The notes under the pieces: generated by a model | The model's database searches: none | What the model saw: the letters and a program-made list of their open reading frames with translations, nothing else | Told to the model about the DNA's origin: nothing | In this document: piece by piece, positions 12,574-24,900 of the stretch | Numbering within the stretch: the first letter of the stretch is position 1 | Layout of the letters: each line of letters opens with the position of its first letter | Position numbers and translations under genes: made by a program | Source of the DNA: Lingula anatina | Taxonomy: Eukaryota; Animalia; Brachiopoda | Reading direction: 5' to 3' | Assembly: GCA_051362555.1 (NCBI GenBank) | Contig: CM120640.1 | Location: 10,168,001-10,232,000, forward strand | DNA length: 64,000 nt

Positions 12574-12940
12574 ATGACAGGGAAACTATGGTCGCTGATT
12601 CTGTGTCTGTCGTTCTTGTACTTTATCGAAGTTGAAGGTCGAGGGGAAATTCACCGTGCAAGACCATCGGGGGTAGCCGCTGCAAAACAGACAGCTACGT
12701 CAACACAACCCGCTTTGGATAAAACTTTGACGAATAGTTACAATAACTTTGAGACAGAAGAGGAAATCGATGCTAGGGACTCACAGTCTCAGAAATACTC
12801 AGATATTGATAATGAGGGAATCTCATCTAGGACAGAAGCATGGGTATATTCTATAATTTCATCAATATTAGTTGGGCTAAGCGGGATATTCCCTCTACTC
12901 GTCATTCCTATTGAAGCAGGACCTTCTCTTAAACATGGCG
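12574..12940 (+). CDS. SLC39A13: ZIP13 exon 1 (signal peptide, ectodomain, TM1)
   Basis: ORF from ATG 12574, G|GTGAGT donor. Confidence 0.92.
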
Positions 12941-15900
12941 GTGAGTTAAACAACTTTGAAAAATTGTACTTAAAGTTTTTGTTGTTTTAAATTTCCCTTT
13001 TTTTTGTCAGCTCATGTTAATGTCGGAGACTATTCCTCCTTCCTTTAAAAAGTAATGAAAAAACATCGATGCTCAAAACAAAGTATATTTTTTTTTGACA
13101 TTTATTTGCAATCTTATTCATTTTTAGTCACACACCAAAATGTCATATGGAGTTCCTTTGATTTATGTTTTTAAATTTTTGTGCACCAAAATGTCATATG
13201 TAGTTCCTTTGATTTATTTATTTAATGTGTTATTTTTATTGCTCCAAATTCTCTTAGGCAGTTCCTCTGATTTATTTCTGTAGTGCCAAATGCAGGGTAG
13301 AACCAGACGGATAGCTCAGGTGGTAGAGCACTCGCCCTGTTAGCGAGAGGTCCTGGGTTCGATCCCTGGTCTGGCTGGTGATATTTCTACACACTCTCAA
13401 AAAGGCGCAACATTTCTATCTTTGTCTTTTTAATTTTTTTAAGTTGGTATAAGGCCAGCAGTTTTAAGAAGAAAGAATACTGTGCTATATGTGAAAAATT
13501 AAAATCTTCATATGCACAGTTCAAAGTTTGTCCCACCTTTCACAAATTTTTTGCAGTATTTCTTATATGTTGTTAACAACCATCTGTGTATCTTTAGATT
13601 ATGAAATGATATTGTTATATAATGGAAATTTTATTGTGTAAAAATGATGTGTAGAATTGTATGTTTTTGTTGATGTTAATTTTTATCTGATCACTTGTTA
13701 TATTATTTGTGGTGTGAATGTCTAGCACATCCATCTTTTTATTCAGGATATTTTAAGGCTTTTTTTGCATCCTTTTAATAGTAAAATGCATATATATCTT
13801 TACTTATTTCTGTGAAGTAAAAATGAAAATTAGATTAAGCCAAGTAAAAAAAACCCGAAAAACTCTGTTTAAAGGGATAATAACTCTTTGTTTTGGCCAA
13901 AAAATGAATTTTCCTGGAGTAAACAACAATTTTCCCATACTTACCAATGGTTAATGAATCCATTTTTACATTCAAAGTTAGTCCCTATTTTTTTTCTAAA
14001 AAGTTTGGTTTTTTGTTAAAATCTCTTAACAGATTATAACAGAGTATAGCCATCAATGGAGGTCACGTGGTCTGAAGACAAGCTCAGATATCAGAATAAT
14101 AGCTATAACTGCTGTTTTTGTCATAAAACAGAATATATTATATTTCTATGAGTTATTCACAATGTTTTTATTGTGAAATATAGACCTAATTCGTAGAGTT
14201 ATTATCCCTTTAATATATGTGGTGTTTAAACTTGGTAGAGTATTGGCCAGTAAGTGATGGAAAGTTAATAAAAATGCCAGGATGAATTTTGTTAGTAGGT
14301 TATTTATTAGCCAAAGTCCCTCTTACTGTTTCTTTTATTTCTATGTGAACTGAATTGTGATTATTTATTTCTTCATTTGTGTGTGTGTGTGGGGGGGGGG
14401 GGGGGCAATTTTAATGCATACTTTTGATTGAAAGTCTGACGAAGACAATCCAAAAGTTGAAAATATTTTATCTTATAGACTTGAAGTTACTGAATGCATA
14501 AAGGAAATTTATCTGTAATAAAATTGCCATTTGTATGAACAGATAGAAAATGACTTCTTTAATTATATTACAGCAAAAAGTATGTGGGGGGGAACTCCTG
14601 GGAGGGGACAGAAAATGTTTGGCATAGGTAAAACTTGGCCTAGGAGCCAAGTCTGATTTTGTTTATAAGCCCAAGGTCACAAGGCTACAAAAATAGTGGT
14701 TTGGTAAGCAGGCGACCCATATATATAGAAAACAAGTCAACTATTTTGAAATGCAAATGATATTAACAGCTAATTATTTAGAAGTTTACATTCTACTTGT
14801 TCAGTATGGTGGCATGACCTGGCAACTGTATTGTTGTGAAAATGCCTAGTTGCTTTATGTGTCCATACATGTGTCCTGTAGTCACCTTGACAGGGGCTGT
14901 TGTGAAACTTCGTGTTCTCATTTTCTCCAGTACAAGTAGCTGCTCCTCATACCACATGTTGTTCTGGTTTATAATTGGCTTGAAGCAGTTCTGCTATTTC
15001 CTGAGGCCAACAAGCTTAACCTGAGGTTCAAAATGCTGTGGGTGACATTATGCTGCCTTGCATTGAGCTGTTGTCACTACAGCTGGAAATTGCGCATACA
15101 CGCACACACACTCTCGCATGCCATAGAGCTAAAATCCCTCTAAACTCAGGGTACAGCTGAATTTAAAAACAGAAGGTTTTTTTTTCAACGAAAAGTTATA
15201 CTTTTCTGTTACCATAAGCCTCTAAAGATTTCTTGAGGAAATACCAAGTCCCACCTTTTTCACAAGCAGTAATTACCCAGCTTTGAAAATCACATATGAT
15301 ATAAATTATAATTATGGGTTTATTTATCATATTTGACAAATGAGACATGATAATAATTGAGAAAGAAATAAGTGACAAAAGGAAATTGTGAAAATGAGAA
15401 TGGGCTGTGAGAGGGAAAAGTAGTGTGTGTTGCCTTATTTCAAGTAAAATATAGCTGTAGGAGTGGATATGAGTATATATGTGTGGTTGCATTGTGGGGC
15501 AGTCAACCAGACAGTTAATGCTAGGATTCCTCCTGTTCATAATAAAATGCACTGCTATATAATGAAAATAGCATTGGGCCTTGTATTAAAGTAAACATGA
15601 GGAGGAATGATATGGATGACTTAACTTGGACAACACCGTACATATAAGAATGCTTCTTTCTGGTATAAATTCCCTCAAAGCCTAACTTGGACAACACCGT
15701 ACATATAAGAATGCTTCTTTCTGGTATAAATTCCCTCAAAGCCTACCTTATCACGTTGTCTTAGTTTATGTAAGAATAGTTTCATGCCCCACCTGTGTCC
15801 GTCCCATTGATAAGAAGTTTTGGAACGTATCAAATCTGTACATATGATAGTGCTATGTGAGATGGTCTTGTAGAGTTGATGAAGTTCATGTGGTTGAGTG

Positions 15901-18900
15901 TAGTAGTTTGGAAGTTAGACATATCTATTGACTGGCTCTAGTTTTCAGTAACAAAAGTAAAGAGGTTTACTACTACTTAATTCATAGAACATACTTGATG
16001 GCATGTAATGTCCACTTCTATAAAAAGAGGAAGAATATGCAGAATAATGAACATGGGGCATGTTAGATTAAGAATATGGCCAAACATAATCTTTCAGATG
16101 TATGGTAGTTTCATGGTATTTATAATCTCGGTGATGTTTTGTCCTTAAAAAGAAAAAATTCATTCCTACCAGTTAAGTTCATTATATTTTAGGTAAGATA
16201 AGGTTTTTATCCTTTTTTATGAGACAGAAAGAGTTGGAAACAAAAAAACTGCTGTAGAATGGACATTGTACATTACAATTTTTCATTAAATGCTTCTTAA
16301 AAAAAGAAATGAAACCGTCCTTTTGTCTGTTATGTCATTGTACTGCTATGATACCTGACCACTTAAACACTGAACCAACCCTTACTCATTCCCAAGTACA
16401 CTAAAAACAGAGGCACCTTTATGATGCTGGCTCACTTTGTTTGTGTGCTATCACAGCAATTTGGTTAGGGTTGCATGACAGCAACTAATAGAGGTGTTCT
16501 GTACGTGTATGGAGACATGTCACTAGGATGGTGAAGTATCAGAGACCTTAGTATGAATGCTAGCAAGAATACATTGATGAATTAATTGATATTTAATAAA
16601 TTGTCAATGGCTTAATTCACCTTTTGGTAGGGAACATATTTATTGTGTTTGTTTGAAACAGACTTTGTAGTATGTATACAATTTTTAATAAGTTAAAAAA
16701 ACTTAAAGGAACAGGGAGGTTTGTGATTGAAAGGGGTATTGTGGTACAAATCCACTATTCCAATATGAAAATAATCTAAATTAAATATCCAGGCCTTAGA
16801 GATTGTCATGTCAGTTTTATCAAACTATTAGGTTGCTGCCTTTAATGTGTTGGTCTTCTTTTCTTTAATATAAAAATCTAAATGGTAACAGGTGGGTTGA
16901 ACTTGGTGCATTAACCCTTTCACTGTAAGTAGATATGTTAACTTTGCACGTTGATGGGTCTGCAGGTGTTATCCTTGCCAGTTTGCAATCAGCTTAGATG
17001 TCAGAATATGTGAAATATATTTTAGCAATGTTTCTGAGAATATTTAGACATTAAACCATAAAGAGCAACACTAGTTACAGGAATGCAGAAAATAACTTGT
17101 TATCCATCTTCTGTGACTGCCATGGGTGTTCACAGCTGAGTCTGGTAGGTATTAAGTATATAATATTGAGTAATATTATAAATAGGACTATTCAGTATTA
17201 TCAGGCAAAGTGACTGGATGATATTTATGAGGATATGCTCTTATGTATAGCTTCACCTGTTTCATTGATTTAGATGTGATTATATACATGGGGCTATAAG
17301 CTACTACAGAAGTAGCTGGCTACAAAGTGAAAAAAAATAAAGTTATATAATAATTACCAGAATGCTGGATGAAATTATTGAAACCAATCATAAATTGAAT
17401 ATATTAGCTTTTTAAAAATGAATGAAATTTGAAATGAAAATTATCTAGAAAAAGAAAACATTTTTAAATGGTCATATGAAAAAAAAAGAAGAAAAAGAAG
17501 TTGATGATGATGATGATAATGATGATGAAGATGATGATGAGAGAGAGAGACTCTTTTCAAGAAAGCCATGATTCAGGAACCATGCAGAGAAGAGATACAC
17601 CTGTCTTCTGCTTAACAGAATGAAGAAGCTCAGGGAGCTAGATATATCTTCCCCCTCAGCTCCAGCTCTATCTAGAGCAAGTGGTTTGAAAAGGCAATTG
17701 CCACAGAAATCAAGGCTGAAAATAAAGCATAACATAACATAACATACTTTTCTACTTCTACTTGCCTTGTCTGGTTATTATGAAGCATCAGTGACTATCA
17801 GCATGCACAGACATGGGTTGCTTTCTGAGAACCCATGTATAACTACCTTGCAAACAACTGTTTGGTGGCTTTCATTCCTTCCTAACCTTTTGCCTCTAAA
17901 GCACTTTGGCAAAGTTGGCGAAGGAAAGAAAAACATTATTTTCTAATTGGGTTGTCTACAGAATTTAGCAAAAAAAGGAAGTGTTTTGTTGGTTCTGACG
18001 ATGTGAAAAACAGGTTTTGCACTGATTTAAGCACACTTGTGGCACAGACAGAGACATTTCCAACTTCAGAGAAGAAATGAATACAAACTGTGTGTAGCAT
18101 TATGCACTGTGTGGATAAATCATCCCAACCTGTATGTAAAGACCAGACTTATAGTGGGGAAAATAATTGGGCTAGTGACTTATGAAAATTAAAAAACAAC
18201 TTCCTTACCTCCATCTGTCTTCTGCTCACTCTGTCTTTTGAAGATGTATTCTGTTTGTTTTTCTTAATTCTTCATCACAAGCTGTGGCATGGATATAGGT
18301 TGTCCTGCAGTACAGGGTGAAGAATTAATATTGTGTGTAATTAATAGAGTGGCACTTTGCAGCAGATTTTCCTGGCAAGTTCAGCTCTCTCATGATCTGT
18401 CATCAAGTACGCAAAGCTCTGTTAAAAATCCTCAGTTGCCAGAAAAATTATGCCCACCAAGACTGTAGAAATGGAGATCTGAGATTTTTCTGTGCAAATT
18501 TCCAGAAGTCTGCCACCCCCTACACCTGTTTTCTCAGCTGAGAACTTGGCCACAAACATTCATGCTAATTTTACCCTCAGGTATAGAGAACGTGTTAGTG
18601 TCTGATTGGGGAAGGTTTAATAAAGTTGTTGTTGGCAAGATAAATGGATACTTAATATATTTTCTTATGTGTTCATTTATATAACATGCAACAACTGAAT
18701 GTAGACAGTGTATATATAGACTGTCTCTTGAGTGTGAAGGATATATTGGTATTTAACGGTGAAGGCATTGGTGAGGGAACTTTCCTACTTTGGAATGTAT
18801 TTTGCCATTTTGTATATCAGGTAATTCTGCTTTTTGTGCTCTTTTGTGAAGGTGTTCTTTGGATTTGAAAAAATGATATAATGACATTGATTAATATGGT

Positions 18901-21900
18901 ATGGAGGGTTATTCAAGATCAAACTGTAGTTAAGTTGTATTTTATTCATAAGTTTTTTTTTATTCTTTTATCCAGGTATTTCCAGACTATTGTATAAATG
19001 TGCAAAAAAAACTGCTGTGTTAGTGTTTATAATTTTTTTATTATTATTTTCATTTTTCTGCCAGCTCCTGCCAATCGTCTGAAGCTTCTGCTGAGTTTTG
19101 CAGTTGGTGGCTTGCTGGGAGACGTGTTTCTACACCTGTTACCAGAGGCTTGGGCACATCTGGACAAAGGTGAGACACAAGCCACATTTATAGTTTATTC
19201 ACAAATAGGGCATTCATGTTTCTCTCTCATTTTGTCTGCTATAGAGCTGATATTTGGTGATTTTCTGCAAAATTAGAACAAAAATTTTACTTTTATTTAT
19301 CCAACAAAGATTGATTAAGCTTCAAAAAATGTTACAGACAGATCCTTGATCTATTTTTATTAGAAACAGAAAGTGGAAAATTTTGAAAAATCAAAATGTT
19401 TGATAATGCTGAAGTGTTTGAAATTTCTGGAAAAGTACTGTAATGGGTCATAATCCCACAGGGTAAGAGCATTTGGCTGGTGTAGGTCTACAGCCTTTTG
19501 TCATTAAATTATTTACTGACTCTGGTTGTTGGATCTAGCTTCTGACACCTAAACTTTTCTTTGCATGACAGTAATGTAATGATTCAAACTAAAGACCTCT
19601 TTTTGATCAAATTTGTTTTGTGAATCAGACCCCCCAACAAAAAAAGAACAGAAGCTAAATTGTGGTGTGTGTGAATGGGTCTTTACAAGAGCTGTAGATA
19701 TTGGCGTATGTACAGAACTGATGAGCACACTTGCAGAAAAGTGAAACAGGGGGCACATTTCCATTACATCATGTTCTTGCAAAAATGAAGCTAGAGGTTA
19801 TATGAGGTAGCATATGCTGTTTTTATGCCAACATTATGTTTAGAGAGGCTGGGTGAGGTAACAAGGAATTTAATGGCATGAATGTATTTATGACCACACA
19901 AACAGTGTCAGACTTGGATGTTAGCTAAGTCCACCAGAGTTCAGATAAAACTGGTCATAAACATGGACTTGAGAACATGTGCAGTATTTACCTACTTTCC
20001 CCATCATTAGTATATCTTTCATCAAGATAAATAATATTGTATGAAACTTTGGATGAGAGGAGAGTCAAGTGTAAAGCTGTTTATTTGGTGTGCCTTTAGG
20101 ACTTTCTGGTTCTATCTCTATGTATTTGCTCTTTACATAAGTGATTATAAGAAGAGCTGGTGAAAAGCTCATTTATCATAACAGGAAAAAAATACATCAT
20201 TAGCTCCTGCAGTTATACTAGCTGCTGGAAGGAGAGTTGAAACATAACTATAGATAACTAAAACAGGCCAAAAGGTAGAAGGAAGTAGGAAGATTTGCCT
20301 TTTTGACCAGACCAGATCCACCCTGACATTTTGCAATTTGGGGCAACTAAGGGGATAAAAGCGCCAGTTTTTTAGAAAGAGAACCCCATGATTTGGAATT
20401 AGTGGCTACAGGCCTGTCATACAGATGCCAGATCCACATTGCCTAATTTTGACTCGGGGGGGCCTGTGGAAGACCTGGAAAACTGATTCTTACAGAATCC
20501 TATGATAGAAAGTGTTACTTCTAGGATTAACCTTATCTCCCTCAGTCTATTTCTCTTTTTAAGTTTTTTCTTTGTGATTGTGATGTTTCTGCTCAGAAGT
20601 TGCATAATACTTATAAAAATATCTCAATAGTTTTTGAGTGTGGAGATCAGAAAAAAAAAGAGCAGGATAAAAACAAAATGATACAATTTGCTTGATTATA
20701 TTTCATTTATTTCTTATTTTTTTATAAAAGTTTATAAAAAAAAAGATAATCAGATGATGATAATTTATTGCTACATTTATTTATTAATCTTGACAATTGA
20801 TATATTTAAAATGAATATTGTTCAAAATCTGTAAGCAGAAAATGTACAGTATTTCATGTAGCATAATTTTATAAGATATTTTGCATAAAACTAAATATGT
20901 TGTTTAACTTTAATATAACTATTTCAGAAGGACACAATCATGATGGTCACATAAGGGTGGGACTGTGGGTGCTTACTGGGATCCTTGCTTTCCTGATCAT
21001 AGAGAAAGCTTTTGCAGAAGAGGATGAATTTGAACATGTGAGTAATTTCAGCTGTAGTCACCAAAAAATAATTTCACATGCTCACACACATGCATGAATT
21101 CATGCAAAGGAACATATATATATACACATATACACATGCACATACAAATGTGCACAAATCATCAGATGTTAATAGATGCCAGCTGATGGGCCTTGACAAT
21201 TTTAAATGCTAAAAAGCAGAAATATGTACATTAAATATATAATCAAACATAAGGAAGTCTGGATAAGACATAAATGTTTCCTGAACCTCCATTTGAACTT
21301 TCATGGGGTAAAAATAACACTCTTGACCGGAGATGGTCCAGGCCAATGACACGTTTAACTTATTGACCTATCTCTGATATGTGACTGGGACGTAATGATT
21401 AACCAAAGCAATCTCAGCTGATTGCATTGTATGTGTGTTGCAGACAAGATTGAAATCTAGGCAGATCTGAAAATTGCTTGGGCATGATTGAAAATTTAAT
21501 CTTGCCTAAGTGAGAAAGGAGTTTCAATCTTGATTTTCCGGGATTTCAGTCTTGCCTACAACATGTTATACAGGACACAAGAGTGTGGCAAACTTGAATT
21601 TTATTTGAAACGTATGCTGTATTATTAGAGATAGGTCAGCAATTCTCAGTGTGACCCTTTGTAACTGGCTGTCTGATGAAGCTAACTTTACCATGGCAAA
21701 AAGTGTAATCCATTTGTTTTCTCACTCACAGCATTACCCACCCTGGCATGACATTCATCTAACACCTAAGAAATGAGACTAGTTTCACCAAAGAACTTTA
21801 GTCTGAAAGTTGGTCTAAATTTTAGATCAGAATTTTGGTCTGTGTCAATTCAGGATAAAACCTGCAGTAGTTTACTGAAACTGACTTACCAATGGCCCTA

Positions 21901-24900
21901 GTTTTTAACTGTTTGTTTTTTTATGAAACATGCTGTGTAATACTTTATATAATTAGGCTATAGCTGGTTTAGTGGACTAATATTTCAGCCAAGAAGTGTA
22001 CACCAGGCTTCAGTCTAAATTTCTTTTGTTAGTCAGGCCAGGCACCAGAGGATGTACTGGACTCTGTCAGATAGTGCTTGTGTTAGAACTGCTGTTGAGT
22101 AACTCCCAAAATTCGAACCAATCTAATGAGTAATATATAGCAAGACTTTGTTGTCTGAGATATTTTTTTATTGATTGTATAAAAAAAACTTAAAACAAAA
22201 GAGATGTATAGAAGTCAGGAATATTTTGGTAAGTTGTGGATATTATTAATCACAAAATAAGATCTTTTTAAGGCTAGGCTGTGTGAATTTACTCAGTAAT
22301 TACCAAAGTTGGCCATGTGGTACATTGCAGAACACCATCATATTTTTACATAAAGCCTAAATTGCTGCCCACATACTTACAGGCAGTCATTGTGGAGTTG
22401 TTGAAAATACTAGGCCTCCAAATTTGCTGCAATATTGCTGCAAACTTTTCATTTTGCTAAGGGTGCATGGTTATGATAGTTCATTAGATTAGATAGATAT
22501 CATGATCAAATATAGGTGTACAGATTTTTAATATCCATTTTTCTCTTTAATTAGAAATATTATCATTGCAGTAATAGATTGAGTCATGCAGTTTAATTAA
22601 GTGACAGACAGAGCACATTGGGACCCTGCCTCCTCCCCCCCCCCAATAACAGCTTATCTTATTTAATATTCTAAAATTGAGTTATTTCACAGAGAAAAAA
22701 GTTTTTTAATGCTACATGTGAAAGGAAAGGAAATAAATATATAAGAAATATATTTCATATTCCATGTTTGACCCCCCCTACCCCCCCCCCCCCAAAAAAG
22801 GAAGAAAATTATTCAAGAATATTGTAATTTTATGTTATCATTCAAAAGCACCACTTAAAATTAAACTTTTCATTTTTTCATTAGTCATGTCTGACTCACA
22901 CAAACTACCCTGAGTGTCAGGACCACTGTGAAGCTAGATTGTTAACTGTTGAAACGTTACGACGCGATAGCTTCACAGTGGCTCTGAGGAACAGCGACCA
23001 TGTTCGACTTCCTTCAATCAAAAAGAACTGCTCCGCAGTGAATCTGCAGCTGAATGTCATTAAACCAAAATGAAACGTAAAACAGATTTAATTCTGCTTT
23101 ATTTAATTTTATTTACTGTATTTAAGATGTAAAGTGAAAAAATAAATAATATTCTTCGAAAAGAAAAAGATATATCCAATGTTTTTGTATTTTTTGCTTA
23201 TCAAAAAACATTTGCCCCTGGAGGTATGAACACAATACACGTGCTTGCCGTGTGCCAAGTTTGACAGCTACACTGTATGCCCGATACCACTATAAGGACT
23301 TCGCAATGGCTACACCAAAATGTGACATACGACACGTGTAACTTCCAAATATGGAAGCGCCCCAGGCAAAATTTTGAAGAAGAATGCCCACAGCTTGACG
23401 GTGTTCGCTAGAGCCTGGTATTGCTGATATGGGTTATATATGAAATCAAGATCAAGCTGGCAATACCGGAATCTAGAGCCTAGGGTAACACAAACAAGAT
23501 GAGGTGGTCAATAAATTCTGTTGTCTCCTTGGCTAAAATTTTGCTACTCACCAAACCAAAATCAAGGGCCCTGTTTCTGAAAGTCAGCAGTGTGGAAGCC
23601 CTCAGCATTGATCTTTTTGAAGCAAATAAGGGAAATTTCCATTTCAAAGGCACTCACGGGAATTCATGGAGCCTTCAACAGGCGTTTTATTGGATTTAAC
23701 AAAAAAAGTTATTGAAAGTGCTGATTGATTTGAGCCTTTCAGACCTGATAGAAACAAATTAGATTTGCAGTTTTACTTTTCTGTTTTTGCCTATTTAATC
23801 ACTGACAACAGTGCTATTTTTTGCTCATGAAGGTTTTATGAGGCAATCTATTTGTGATATTATTTTCAAGAGAAGGCATTATTTGCAATCAATAAATAAT
23901 ACCATAAATGGCACTTCTGACATAAACCCCCTAAGCATGTTTTAAACACTTAGTAAAAAGACTGAATTTGTTGAAGACATTTATGAAACATTAATTTCTC
24001 TTTCCATCTCCTATTTAATAAAAAAATTGGTAAATACTTTTTTTAATAGATGCAAAAGAGATGCTATAATTATGTCATTTTTTATTGTATTCAAATTGTG
24101 ATTTCACCATCTGTTAAATTGAAGGGGTTCTTTTCAGGTCTGGGTAGTCTTGTGAAAGGATATTGATAATTAAAATGTATTGAGATTGATAAAAAGTCCA
24201 TTATTTATGGCGTATAGCTAAGAAATTGCAATCAAAAATGTTACCAAACATTATTTCTGGCTTGGATGTTATTCATTGCTAGTTTGAGGTTTGTTTTTAG
24301 ACTGTTTAGTACATTCAAGGCTTATTCAGTCAAATACCAGTATAATTTGGATGTTTCTATTGTTCACTAGCTGTACAATGACAATATATTGTTTCTATTT
24401 ATGAGACCTGCGTACATAAAAATCTGCCATTGGCTTTTGTATTTAAAGGGTATTGTACTCGACATCATTAAAATGGGTCAGATAATAAGGAATAATTTGT
24501 TAAGATTATCTTTACATCTATATGTATTTTACATACATTATTGACTTCTAGATTTGTTGATTGTAATTGATAACGAGTTATAGAATATTGTGATTAGTAC
24601 AAAAAGAGACAAAAACCATAACTTATGAAAAAAGGTGAAGTAGTTTTTTGATCCCTGCTTTTTTATGATGTTAAGTATATAGTCGAAAGGTAGAACGGAA
24701 TTAATTCTGAAAAAGAAAACTTTATAATATTCTTGAAATAGACTTTAAGAAGAAGTTTAGAAAAAATGCTCAATAATCCTTGGACTTTCAGTAGACCTGG
24801 TGAATGAAACATATGTTATTGGTTTGACGTTGGTATGTAAGATTTGAAAATTTGGATTCTTAAGGGTCAGTATGTGTAGCCGGCTCCACCTGTGTCACAT

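Noticed and set aside
13305-13376. Functional tRNA-Thr(TGT) gene
   Set aside because: C at position 33, pyrimidine at 37, acceptor-stem mismatch and no adjacent terminator
17476-17742. Plus-strand frame [13 protein letters not shown]...KP*FRNHAEK... as a nested gene or selenoprotein with in-frame TGA
   Set aside because: Built from (GAT)n and (GA)n microsatellites and ends in an (AACAT)n tail; more likely a decayed retroelement end; no SECIS or splice support seen
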